Assembly: GCA_050123495.1 (NCBI GenBank)
Contig: JASFGZ010000001.1
Coordinates: 1-43,166 of the forward strand
Length of the DNA: 43,166 bases
Reading direction: 5' to 3'
Source: Desulfobacterales bacterium
GTDB lineage: Bacteria > Desulfobacterota > Desulfobacteria > Desulfobacterales > JAHEIW01
Part shown: piece by piece, positions 17,154 to 26,363 of the stretch
How positions within the stretch are numbered: position 1 is the stretch's first letter
Layout of the letters: the number at the start of each line of letters is the position of its first letter
Made by a program: the position numbers and the translations under genes
The notes under the pieces: model-generated
Seen by the model: the letters and a program-made list of their open reading frames with translations, nothing else
Told to the model about the DNA's origin: nothing
Databases searched by the model: none

Positions 17154-18395
17154 ATGGCAAATCCACCCATCATAGAATTCAAAAATGTTACCAAACGCTT
17201 TGGTAACCGAACGATTCTGGATCGCGTCAACCTGCGAATCCATGAAGGCCATGTCACCACCATCATCGGTAAAAGCGGTGAGGGGAAAAGCGTGTTGCTC
17301 AAGCACATTATCGGTCTGTTGAGACCGGAAGAGGGCCGTGTTCTTTACCGGGGCAAACCGATCGAAAAAATGAAACGCAAAGAGTGGAATGCCTATCTCG
17401 GGCAGGTCAGTTACATGTTTCAGAATAATGCCCTTTTTGATTCAATGACGGTCTATGAAAATGTGGCGATGCCCCTGAGGAAATATACCAAACTCAGCAA
17501 AAGGCAGGTTCGAGAAAAGGTGATGGCCCGCATTGAGCAAACCGAGCTGACTGATGTCGCTCACAAATACCCATCGGAGCTTTCGGGGGGGATGCAAAAG
17601 CGAACGGCGCTGGCCCGGGCACTTGTAACGGATCCGAAAATCGTACTGTTTGATGAACTGACCACCGGCCAGGACCCCGTTCGCAGAAATATGATCCTCG
17701 GGATGATCGCCGAATACAGAAAGAAATTCGGCTTTACAGCGGTCTTGATTAGCCATGATATTCCCGATGTGTTCTTTATCTCCAATCATATTCTGGCCCT
17801 TTACGACAAAAAGATTGTTTTTCAGGGCACCCCGGAAGCGTTTGAAGGCTTTGATCATCCGCTTTACGATGAAATCGTTGCCAGTATAGAAAAGCTGCAG
17901 AAAGAATTAACCGGCCTGCATTCCCGGCGCCAGTTTAAGGTGCGCTATCAAACCGATCTGGTCCGCAGAAACGGGCATAAACACTTTGCGGTTGTCATCT
18001 TTGCGCTTGAAGATCTGGATCGTATTATTGACAATCTGGGTCACAAGGCCGCCCAGCAAGGCATTCGATCAATGGGGGATTTCATCAATAAACACTTCGG
18101 CGCAGTCGGCGGATTTTCTACGCGACGCAGCATCAATCAATTCGGCACCGTGCTCCCCTTTTCGGATCTGAAAGAGGCGGAGCGAATTTTAGAGGATTTT
18201 ACCGGAGATTTTCGGGAAAATGGACTGATCAAAATTGAGAATGCTGCCAGACAGGTCAATTCCTCGGTGAGTTGCTTTGAATTTTCAATCAGTGCCGGAC
18301 TGGCCGCAGGACATGCCGATATTGGGCTGGATACCATTATGAAATCTGCTGAATTCAATCGGGAATCCATTGCCCGATTCCAGTGTAACATTTAA
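17154..18395 (+). CDS. MlaF-like ABC transporter ATPase fused to a C-terminal degenerate GGDEF-like domain
   Basis: Walker A GKSGEGKS, signature LSGGMQKR, Walker B IVLFDE, H-loop ISHD. The C-terminal ~160 aa align to GGDEF (LTGLHSRRQF...AVVIFALEDLDRIIDNLGHKAAQQ...RRSINQF...SISAGLA), with SINQF replacing GGDEF. Confidence 0.8.
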   Translation: MANPPIIEFKNVTKRFGNRTILDRVNLRIHEGHVTTIIGKSGEGKSVLLKHIIGLLRPEEGRVLYRGKPIEKMKRKEWNAYLGQVSYMFQNNALFDSMTVYENVAMPLRKYTKLSKRQVREKVMARIEQTELTDVAHKYPSELSGGMQKRTALARALVTDPKIVLFDELTTGQDPVRRNMILGMIAEYRKKFGFTAVLISHDIPDVFFISNHILALYDKKIVFQGTPEAFEGFDHPLYDEIVASIEKLQKELTGLHSRRQFKVRYQTDLVRRNGHKHFAVVIFALEDLDRIIDNLGHKAAQQGIRSMGDFINKHFGAVGGFSTRRSINQFGTVLPFSDLKEAERILEDFTGDFRENGLIKIENAARQVNSSVSCFEFSISAGLAAGHADIGLDTIMKSAEFNRESIARFQCNI

Positions 18396-18397
18396 AA

Positions 18398-18655
18398 TCA
18401 GGTGAAGTAATTACGATACGTTTGGGGCAATTGCCGGTCTCGACTGAATTCAGCGGTTTTCTGTCTACCCGCCGCCATCGCCGCACCGATTATGGCTTTA
18501 AATGCATGTTTTTCCAATGCAAACAGAATTTCAGTGGAAATACCGCCCGGCGAACTGGCTTCGCCGATTAATTCGTACGGGGAAACCTGCCGCGTGTTCC
18601 ACAAAACCATCAAACCGGATATTGTTTTTGGCTTTCTGGATGAAAGCCAAAAAAT
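18398..18655 (-). pseudogene. relic of pyrroline-5-carboxylate reductase (proC): C-terminal dimerisation domain only
   Basis: ...VSPYELIGEASSPGGISTEILFALEKHAFKAIIGAAMAAGRQKTAEF matches the ProC C-terminus (PaeL...V.SPGGTT..gl..LE...f). There is an in-frame stop at 18656-18658 and no NADP-binding domain upstream. Confidence 0.65.
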
Positions 18656-18713
18656 TCAATCACCTTCGGTGAATAAAAAAATAGGTGGCATTCAAAAATA
18701 GTTTGTTCAGCAG

Positions 18714-18845
18714 AATGCCTTTCTGGCATTTAACTCTGTTGCGATTTTTTCCCGCCCGGAGGGCGGGATTGGGTTTCGCCACTTTCTTCTGGAAAGTGGC
18801 GAAGAAAAGAAATCCAACTAATCCTGTAAATCCTGTCTAAAAAAT
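18714..18845. repeat. family B hairpin cluster with a tandem AATCCTGT tail (B1)
   Basis: Hairpins AATGCC/GGCATT, CCCGCCC/GGGCGGG (18751-18767) and a perfect 12-bp TTCGCCACTTTC/GAAAGTGGCGAA (18775-18803). The tail AATCCTGTAAATCCTGTCTAAAAAAT has its last 17 nt identical to 37231-37247. Confidence 0.8.
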
Positions 18846-18849
18846 TAAA

Positions 18850-20223
18850 TTAGACAGGTTCAAATTTGGCCGTGAAGTGCCTGAGCACCGGCGGCTCGTA
18901 GACAATGCGCATTCCTTTAATCTCTTCCCGTTTATGGAACACGGATTCCACACATTCCACCACGTAATCTATGTGGCTCTTGGTATAAACCCTTCGGGGA
19001 ATGGCCAGCCGTACCATTTCCAGTTTGGCCGGTTCAAATTCACCGCTGGCCGGATCGGTTTTGCCGAACATCACGCTGCCGATTTCACAGCCGCGGATGC
19101 CGCCGCAAAGATAGAGCTCGCAGGCCAGGGCCTGGCCCGGGTATTCGTGTGAAGCGATATGCGGCAGAAATGCCTTGGCATCGATATAAATTGCGTGTCC
19201 TCCCGGCGGTTGGAAAATCGGGACGCCGATCGCAGATATTTTTTCACCCAAATAAGAAACGGACCGAATTCGATATTTAAGATAGTCTTCTTCTAAAACC
19301 TCGTCCAGCCCCCGGGCAAAGGCTTCCAGGTCGTGGCCGGCCAGCCCGCCATAGGTGGGGAATCCTTCGGTGACGATCAGAATGTTGCGTGCCCGGCGGG
19401 CCAGTTCATCGTCATTGACCGCCAGAAAGCCCCCCATATTGACCAGACCGTCTTTTTTACCGCTCATGGTGCAGCCATCGGCATAGGAAAACATCTCCCG
19501 GGCAATTTCTCTGGTGACTTTGTTCTTGTAACCGGGCTCCCTGATTTTGATAAAATAGGCATTTTCGGCAAAGCGGCAGGCATCTAAGAAAAACGGAATG
19601 CCGTGTGCGCGACATATTCGGGCAGTTTGGCGGATATTTTCCATGGAAACCGGTTGACCCGCATTGGCGTTATTGGTTACGGTCAGCATAACCAGCGGAA
19701 TCCGCTCCGGGCCTTCTTTCCGCAGCATGGATTCCAGTGCATCCAGGTCCATATCGCCTTTAAAGTCGGCCTTGAGAGCCGGGTTGAGCCCATCGGGTAT
19801 CGGAAGATCGACGGCTTCAGCGCCGCTCATTTCAACGTTGGCGCGGGTCGTGTCAAAATGGGTGTTGTTGGGCACCATCCGACCCTTTCCGCCGACAATG
19901 TTAAATAGGATTTTTTCCGCAGCGCGTCCCTGATGGGTTGGAATAATATGGCGAAATCCGGTTAGATCCTTGACCGTCTGTTCAAGGTGATAAAAGCTTT
20001 TGGCGCCGGCGTAGGCTTCATCGCCTTCAATCATGCCGCCCCATTGGTGGGCACTCATGGCCGAAGTGCCGCTATCGGTTAACAGATCGATGAGCACGTC
20101 ATCCGCATGGATATTGAAAAGATTGAAACCCGCTTCGGCCAGGATTGCTTCGCGCTCCTTGCGGCTGGTAAAGCGCAGGGGTTCGACAGATTTAATTTTA
20201 AACGGCTCAATAATTGTTTTCAT
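18850..20223 (-). CDS. tnaA: tryptophanase / tyrosine phenol-lyase family beta-eliminating lyase
   Basis: MKTIIEPFKIKSVEP..., DLLTDSGTSAMS, IPTHQGRAAE, PLP-Lys region MSGKKDGLVNMGGF, RFAENAYFIK, LRHFTAKFEPV. Substrate (Trp versus Tyr) is not resolved. ATG 20223 used. Confidence 0.85.
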   Translation of the reverse strand: MKTIIEPFKIKSVEPLRFTSRKEREAILAEAGFNLFNIHADDVLIDLLTDSGTSAMSAHQWGGMIEGDEAYAGAKSFYHLEQTVKDLTGFRHIIPTHQGRAAEKILFNIVGGKGRMVPNNTHFDTTRANVEMSGAEAVDLPIPDGLNPALKADFKGDMDLDALESMLRKEGPERIPLVMLTVTNNANAGQPVSMENIRQTARICRAHGIPFFLDACRFAENAYFIKIREPGYKNKVTREIAREMFSYADGCTMSGKKDGLVNMGGFLAVNDDELARRARNILIVTEGFPTYGGLAGHDLEAFARGLDEVLEEDYLKYRIRSVSYLGEKISAIGVPIFQPPGGHAIYIDAKAFLPHIASHEYPGQALACELYLCGGIRGCEIGSVMFGKTDPASGEFEPAKLEMVRLAIPRRVYTKSHIDYVVECVESVFHKREEIKGMRIVYEPPVLRHFTAKFEPV

Positions 20224-20420
20224 GGGCCTCTCGCTCCGGATCAAAAGATACATGTTAAGTTACAAAGTCAAGAATAAAGCTGCAATTTACAGCTGTCAAG
20301 AAATCGAATGAGGTTGAAGATGTTTCAAGAAAGAAGAAGAAAGGCACAATATTTCATTTTTTTGGCAAAGGTGCTTACTTGACACCGGAAGTTGTTTAAA
20401 GCTAAATTCTGATCTGACAG

Positions 20421-21192
20421 ATGCATAATTTACACGAAAAAATCAATTGGCAGCCCGCGGCCGGTTCAATATCTGACCGGCTCTGGGACGTGATCATCAT
20501 CGGTGCCGGTCCGGCCGGCGGGATTGCAGCCGGCCACCTTGCAGAACGCCATCACCGGGTTTTGATGCTGGACCGCCAAAAGTTTCCGCGCGAAAAAGTT
20601 TGCGGTGATGGCCTGCTGCCGGATGCTCTGCGCTGTCTTGACACCATCGGCATTGGCATATTATCTGCGGATCGAGTTCGCAAACGCAGCACCGATCTTA
20701 AGATAAAGTTTAAGATGTTTATCGATACCTTGCCCCTGGCAAGAGAGCTGATGCAACAGAGCGATAGAACCACTGCCTTGCATGGCCGCTTTGCGGTATA
20801 ATCTTGAAGGCGCCTACCCGTTTGTAAACGGCCCCGTTGTCGCTGTGGGGGAAACCATCGGAACAACCTTGCCGTTTATCCGTGAAGGCATCGGCAAAGC
20901 CATGGAATCCGGCCAGCTGGCGGCTGAAGCCATCAGCAGGGCATTGGACTCAGACGATCTGAACAAATTGTCACAATATAATCGACAAATAGAATCCGAA
21001 ATTAAGGCGCGCGGTCAAGGCTATCGGAAGGCTGAAAAATGGTTGGCCAAGCCGCGGTTGAATGATTTCCTGTTATCTCGATTTGGCAAAAGCAAATATG
21101 CAAAAGATATCCTGGCCGGTGTCATTGCCGAAACCAAAAATTCGAAAGATATTTTTTCTTTGAAAGGTATTATGAAATCATTTTGGAGATAA
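20421..21192 (+). pseudogene. decayed geranylgeranyl-reductase-family FAD oxidoreductase (internal deletion and frame break)
   Basis: ORF 20421-20801 keeps only the dinucleotide-binding N-terminus (DVIIIGAGPAGG...LDRQKFPREKVCGDGL). ORF 20782-21192 keeps only the C-terminal part, with degraded motifs (VGETIG.., IREGIGKAMESG). The central ~200 aa are absent. Confidence 0.6.
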
Positions 21193-21246
21193 TTATTTAT
21201 CGATATTTCTTCACCATTATCCGAGTAGCCGATTATTTTTAAACCT

Positions 21247-22362
21247 ATGAAAACAGTCGTAATATTAGGTGGTGGAATTGCTGGATTGACCGCAGGCATA
21301 AATTTAAAACGCGCGGGTATTGATGTTGAAGTCCACGAGCGAAAAAAATTTTGTGGCAAACACACCCAAGATTTTCAATTTTTGGAGAACTGGACATTTG
21401 ATAAAGATGCACTCGCTATTTTACAAGACTTAAATATTCAAACGGATTTTTATATAAAGCCGTGGTATTCGCTGGAATTCCTGAGTCCTTCTCTAAATAA
21501 ATGCCTCAAAAGATCATCCCAGCCCTTGATGTATCTGGTAAAAAGAGGACCGATGGAAGGTTCCATTGATCATGCCTTGCAAAAACAGGCCACCGATGCC
21601 GGAATACCGATTATTTTTAGATCGAAATTAAATGCCGATGAGGCGGATATTATCGCATCTGGTATAAAAGATCCGAATTTTATCGTCACGGGTATCACTT
21701 TTCCATTTGATCATCCGGATTATGCCATCACCCTCTTTGATGACAATCTATCACTTAAAATCTACTCTTATTTTATCGTAAACGATAATGTCGGTGAGAT
21801 TGCATCAATTAACCCGACCGACCGTAAAGACCACAAGGCGCGTTTTGACCTTACCGTGAAACGATTTGAGGAAATATTGAACTTTAAAGTTTCGACCATA
21901 ACGTATCGATTTGCGGCTCCGGCGAGTCTGTATTTTTTGAAAAATGCCAGAATAAATAATCAGTGCTTCATTGGAGAAGCCGCCGGTTTTCAGGATTGCC
22001 TGGCCGGCTTTGGAATGATGTATGCGCTCAAATCCGGATACCATGCCGCTCAAAGTATCATTAAAAATGATGGCTATGATCGCCTGTGGCAGGCGGATAT
22101 GCTAAGGCCCATGGCAGTATCGCGTACCAATCGATTTTTGTTTGAAAAATTATCCAACGATGGTTACGAAAAATTGGTTAAAATGTTGAACAGCCGGAAT
22201 TCGGCCATTGTGAAATTACTTGGAGGGGAAGATCTGCAACACATATTAAAAAAGATTTACACCCATTCGCTTTCTTACTTTCTGCGGCCATTGGTTTATT
22301 GGAAACGTCTGACACCGATTTACAAGTTTATCCTTAATTTGGTAGGCAGGGGTCGCTGCTGA
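21247..22362 (+). CDS. NAD(P)/FAD-dependent oxidoreductase (geranylgeranyl-reductase-like fold)
   Basis: MKTVVILGGGIAGLTAG...VEVHERKK (GxGxxG + acidic) and a late FIGEAAGFQDCLAGFGMMYALKSG motif. The gene is visibly more A/T-rich than its neighbours. Confidence 0.7.
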   Translation: MKTVVILGGGIAGLTAGINLKRAGIDVEVHERKKFCGKHTQDFQFLENWTFDKDALAILQDLNIQTDFYIKPWYSLEFLSPSLNKCLKRSSQPLMYLVKRGPMEGSIDHALQKQATDAGIPIIFRSKLNADEADIIASGIKDPNFIVTGITFPFDHPDYAITLFDDNLSLKIYSYFIVNDNVGEIASINPTDRKDHKARFDLTVKRFEEILNFKVSTITYRFAAPASLYFLKNARINNQCFIGEAAGFQDCLAGFGMMYALKSGYHAAQSIIKNDGYDRLWQADMLRPMAVSRTNRFLFEKLSNDGYEKLVKMLNSRNSAIVKLLGGEDLQHILKKIYTHSLSYFLRPLVYWKRLTPIYKFILNLVGRGRC

Positions 22363-23086
22363 TGACACCGTCGACGTCCATCTCGAGTACGCGTGCAATC
22401 TCTTCGCTTGTGTCCGCATTATAAGGAAAGACGCGGATATCACTTTCGTGCATCGTTTTGACCTGATCGGGGGTAAGGATCTGGTGGTTGGGGTGCCAGG
22501 ATACAATGTTGAGCCGTTTGCAATTTTCAAGCGTATGCTTGTCAGCGGGATTTCTTGAGATCAGCCCCAGCGCAGGCGCATGCTCAAAGGCTGCTATATA
22601 TTTCAGAAGGTTCAAATCAAAGCTGGAAATCAATACACGCTCCGCCATATTTCTGCGGCAGACAAGTTCTAATGTCTGTCGTTCAACGGCATCCAGCGGG
22701 TGGCGGGGCTCATAGGCATGCGTTTTGATTTCAATATTAATCATCACCTGGCCATCTGCCAGGTCCAGCACTTCAGATAATTCCGGCAGGTGTTCACCGG
22801 CAAATCTGGGATGGAACCATCCCCCGGCGTCCAGCTGCTTTAGCTGGGCTAACGTATGGTCACGAACCGCACCTTTACCATTGGTGGTACGCTCAAGGGT
22901 TGCATCATGAATGACAACTAATTTTCGGTCGCGGCTGAGCGCCACATCCAGTTCGATCATCTGAACACCGGCATCCAGCGCCGCTTGAAAAGCAACCAGA
23001 GTGTTTTCAGGATATTTGGCGCGATATCCCCGGTGGGCAATAATCCAGGGCGGCTTGAATTTCTCTGTTCCAAAAAAGATGTTCAT
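22334..23086 (-). CDS. ugpQ: glycerophosphodiester phosphodiesterase
   Basis: IIAHRGYRAKYPENTLVAFQAALDAGVQMIELDVALSRDRKLVVIHDATLERTTNG. Its 3' end overlaps the convergent oxidoreductase gene by 29 nt. Confidence 0.88.
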   Translation of the reverse strand: MNIFFGTEKFKPPWIIAHRGYRAKYPENTLVAFQAALDAGVQMIELDVALSRDRKLVVIHDATLERTTNGKGAVRDHTLAQLKQLDAGGWFHPRFAGEHLPELSEVLDLADGQVMINIEIKTHAYEPRHPLDAVERQTLELVCRRNMAERVLISSFDLNLLKYIAAFEHAPALGLISRNPADKHTLENCKRLNIVSWHPNHQILTPDQVKTMHESDIRVFPYNADTSEEIARVLEMDVDGVISSDPCLPN

Positions 23087-23120
23087 AAAATAATACTGTC
23101 AGATTTATTACCTAAATAAT

Positions 23121-23144
23121 AACCCCGTGATACCCCACGGGGTT
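23121..23144. other. GC hairpin of unclear role between ugpC and ugpQ
   Basis: AACCCCGTG / CACGGGGTT stem, followed by TTTTG on the plus strand and a T-rich stretch on the minus strand. It could be an internal terminator or attenuator. Confidence 0.35.
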
Positions 23145-23424
23145 TTGTATGGCTCAAATACTTTTTCGGTATCGATTTTTTAAGTAAATAGGCTTCACTG
23201 ATAGGGATTAAAAAAAAAGAACTGAAATGTATCCAGCTCTTCGGCTTTACCTCAAATAAATTTTAATATGTATTTCAATTTCCAATCAGGCCCAGAATAC
23301 CTCTAATTAAGACTCAATTCCACTCTTTAACTTTATCTATTATTATATTCATAAAAAAAAGTAAAATCAACTCAAGATTGTCATTCCTTTTAAACGATTA
23401 ACAAATAACGAATAACAGATAACG

Positions 23425-23449
23425 CCCAATTGGTTTTAACGCAATTGGG
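23425..23449 (-). terminator. candidate terminator hairpin just after the ugpC stop
   Basis: CCCAATTG / CAATTGGG 8-bp stem starting 8 nt after the stop. On the minus strand it is followed by the T-rich tandem tail CGTTATCTGTTATTCGTTATTTGTT. Confidence 0.5.
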
Positions 23450-23456
23450 GCTCTGG

Positions 23457-24539
23457 TTAATTTTGAATTCGACTCCCTGATTCCATATCAAATAGATGCA
23501 ATTTTTCCGGTGATATGGTCAACGAAAGTGTTGAGCCTTTTTTGAAGTGATAGATATCGGGCAGCCGGGCAGTCAAAAGCGTTTTTTCATCTCCGAAGTG
23601 CCCGTGAACGAGTGTATCGGCGCCAAGAAGCTCCACATGATTCACACGAAGATGCATGGCCTCTTCTTTTTTCTCGGTGAGTTCAAAATGTTCAGGCCGA
23701 ATCCCCAGGGTAACTTGCTTGCCTTCATAGTCGGGCAGACCGCCGCTATCGACAGGGATATTGATACCGCCCGGGATTTCAATCGACTTGCCTCCTGAAC
23801 AGAGACGGGCGGTCAGAAAATTCATTGCCGGAGATCCGATAAACCCGGCTACGAACAGCGTGGCCGGACGCTCATATACTTCCAGCGGAGAGCCGATCTG
23901 GGCGGCATAGCCATCGTCCATAACGATCAGGCGATCCCCAAGGGTCATGGCTTCGACCTGGTCGTGGGTGACATAGACACTGGTAATACCGAGGGCTTCA
24001 TGAAGATTTCTGAGCTCCAGCCGCATCTGAACGCGCAGCTTGGCATCCAGGTTGCTTAAAGGTTCGTCAAATAAAAATACCTTGGGCTCACGCACGATGC
24101 AACGACCCATGGCGACGCGTTGACGCTGACCGCCGGATAGCTGTCGCGGCTTGCGATCCAGAAATTCCTTCAGCTCGAGGATCTCCGCAGCCTTTTGAAC
24201 CCTTTTTTCAATTTCTGCTTTGGGCATCCGCCGAATTTTGAGGCCGTAAGCCATATTTTTAAAAACCGTCATGTGCGGATAGAGGGCATAATTCTGAAAA
24301 ACCATGGCAATATCGCGCTCTGCGGGCTCGAGTTGATTGACCACCTTGCCGTCAATCGAAATATCGCCCTTGGTGATCACTTCCAGCCCGGCGATCATGC
24401 GCAGCACGGTAGATTTGCCGCAGCCCGAAGGGCCTAAAATAACGATAAACTCACCGTCGTGGATATCGCAGCTAATGCCGTGAATGACCTCATTCTTGCC
24501 AAATGATTTATAGATATCTCTCAGGCTGACATCCGCCAT
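23457..24539 (-). CDS. ugpC: sn-glycerol-3-phosphate ABC transporter ATP-binding protein
   Basis: [34 protein letters not shown], a MalK/UgpC-type C-terminal regulatory domain, and its position in ugpBAEC order. Confidence 0.88.
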   Translation of the reverse strand: MADVSLRDIYKSFGKNEVIHGISCDIHDGEFIVILGPSGCGKSTVLRMIAGLEVITKGDISIDGKVVNQLEPAERDIAMVFQNYALYPHMTVFKNMAYGLKIRRMPKAEIEKRVQKAAEILELKEFLDRKPRQLSGGQRQRVAMGRCIVREPKVFLFDEPLSNLDAKLRVQMRLELRNLHEALGITSVYVTHDQVEAMTLGDRLIVMDDGYAAQIGSPLEVYERPATLFVAGFIGSPAMNFLTARLCSGGKSIEIPGGINIPVDSGGLPDYEGKQVTLGIRPEHFELTEKKEEAMHLRVNHVELLGADTLVHGHFGDEKTLLTARLPDIYHFKKGSTLSLTISPEKLHLFDMESGSRIQN

Positions 24540-24549
24540 TCCAATTCTC

Positions 24550-25392
24550 CTATTTTTCAGTTTCAGTCATACCCCGCACAAACTGTTTCTGCATAAAGAT
24601 GACCACCAGCACCGGCGGGATCATGGCCAGCATGGTAGACGCCATGATAATCTGCCAGTCGGCCTGACCCTCGCCCACATCCAGCATTCGTTTAATTCCG
24701 ATCAAAAGCGTGTAGTAGCGCTCATCGCTGGCAACCAACAGTGGCCAAAGATACTGATTCCATCCATAGATGAAAAGAATCACAAACAGCGCCGCAATGG
24801 AAGTGCGCGACATGGGCAGCAGAATATCAAAGAAAAATCGGACGGGACCCCCCCCGTCGATCCTAACGGCCTCGCACAGCTCATCGGGAACCGTCATGAA
24901 AAACTGGCGAAACAGAAACGTGGCCGTGGCCGATGCGATTAACGGAAAGATCAGGCCGGAGTATGTGTCCAGCATTTTCAAATCCGCCATCACCTCATAG
25001 GTCGACAGAATTCGGACTTCCACCGGCAGCATCAAGGTGATGAAAATCAGCCAGAAAAAAAACATACGGAAACGAAATCTGAAATAGACGATGGCAAAGG
25101 CGGAGAGCAGGGAAATGGATATCTTTCCGATGGTAATGCCGAGTGCCATGATCAGGCTGTTCAGCATCATGGCGCCCACGGTGGTGCCGACTTCGCCGCT
25201 TCCGACGGTAAGGGCCTGGTGGTAATTTTCGATCAGATGACGTCCGGGTAAAAATGGGAAGGAACCGGCGATCGTTTCGAGTGTATGCGTCGAAGCCACA
25301 AAGGTGACGTAGATCGGAAACGCAATCGCCACGCAACCTAAGATTAGAAACGCATGGGTTAAAAAAGTGAGCCAGGGTCGATGCTCGACCAT
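24550..25392 (-). CDS. ugpE: sn-glycerol-3-phosphate ABC transporter permease
   Basis: 280-aa 6-TM MalG-type permease with an EAA-loop region ([23 protein letters not shown]). Second permease gene in ugp gene order. Confidence 0.85.
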   Translation of the reverse strand: MVEHRPWLTFLTHAFLILGCVAIAFPIYVTFVASTHTLETIAGSFPFLPGRHLIENYHQALTVGSGEVGTTVGAMMLNSLIMALGITIGKISISLLSAFAIVYFRFRFRMFFFWLIFITLMLPVEVRILSTYEVMADLKMLDTYSGLIFPLIASATATFLFRQFFMTVPDELCEAVRIDGGGPVRFFFDILLPMSRTSIAALFVILFIYGWNQYLWPLLVASDERYYTLLIGIKRMLDVGEGQADWQIIMASTMLAMIPPVLVVIFMQKQFVRGMTETEK

Positions 25393-25406
25393 TTTCTATT
25401 CCTTAT

Positions 25407-26288
25407 TTAATAATGGACTTTTCTTTCGATATAGCGAAACTGGATCACCGTCAGAGAAATCACGATGATCATCAAAATGACCGACTGGGCGGCGGAACCG
25501 CCCAGGTCCAAACTTTCAAAAAAGTCGTGATAAATCTTGAAAACCATAATATTGGTGGCCTCATTGGGGCCGCCTTCGGTAATGGCATGGATCACCCCAA
25601 AGGTTTCGAAAAAAGCATACACCATGTTCATGACAAGTAAAAAGAAGACCGTCGGTGATAACAGCGGAAAGGCAATCGTCCAGAACCGTTTGGCCGGTGA
25701 AGCTCCGTCTATGGCGGCGGCTTCGATAAATGACTTGGGAATGGCCTGGAGTCCGGCCAGGTAAAAAAGAAAATTATAGGAAATGATCTTCCACGCCGCC
25801 GCAATGATCACCAGAAGCATTGCCTGCCTGCCGTTTAACGTAAAATTCCAGTCAATCCCGATGGCCTTTAAGAAAAAAGAAAACATCCCGACAGAGGGAT
25901 TAAACAGAAAGTACCAGATGACTGCTGAAGCCACCGGTGCAACCGCATAGGGCCAGATGATAAATGTTTTGTAGGTGGTGGCCCCGCGAATCGCGCGATC
26001 GGCCATCACGGCCAAAAACAGTGCCGTCGACATGGCGATGACTGCCACTGAAAAAGTGAAGACCATGGTGACCTTAATCGAGTTGAGATAAATGGGATCG
26101 GTGAAGATGTATATAAAGTTTTCCAATCCCACGAAGACGCTTTTGAGTCCAAAGGCGTCTTCCCGCAAGACCGATTGATAAAGGGCCATAAATGCGGGCC
26201 AGATGAAAAATACCAGCGTGATGATGATCTGGGGTGCAACCAGAAAATACGGCAGGATTTGGTTTTTGAAGACAACTCTTTTTTCCAT
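25407..26288 (-). CDS. ugpA: sn-glycerol-3-phosphate ABC transporter permease
   Basis: The N-terminus ...[21 protein letters not shown] matches E. coli UgpA ([21 protein letters not shown] as I recall it). EAA loop [25 protein letters not shown] 26288 used. Confidence 0.87.
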   Translation of the reverse strand: MEKRVVFKNQILPYFLVAPQIIITLVFFIWPAFMALYQSVLREDAFGLKSVFVGLENFIYIFTDPIYLNSIKVTMVFTFSVAVIAMSTALFLAVMADRAIRGATTYKTFIIWPYAVAPVASAVIWYFLFNPSVGMFSFFLKAIGIDWNFTLNGRQAMLLVIIAAAWKIISYNFLFYLAGLQAIPKSFIEAAAIDGASPAKRFWTIAFPLLSPTVFFLLVMNMVYAFFETFGVIHAITEGGPNEATNIMVFKIYHDFFESLDLGGSAAQSVILMIIVISLTVIQFRYIERKVHY

Positions 26289-26363
26289 GAAAACCTTTGG
26301 CCTGTGAAAAATTTGAGCAGGACCCATTTTTTTATGAATGGGTCCTGCTTGATTCAGATTCTG

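Noticed and set aside
20421-21192. The two overlapping oxidoreductase ORFs might be joined by programmed frameshifting or selenocysteine read-through.
   Set aside because: Joining them still leaves about 200 central residues of the family missing, and the conserved motifs are degraded. Decay by deletion explains this more simply.
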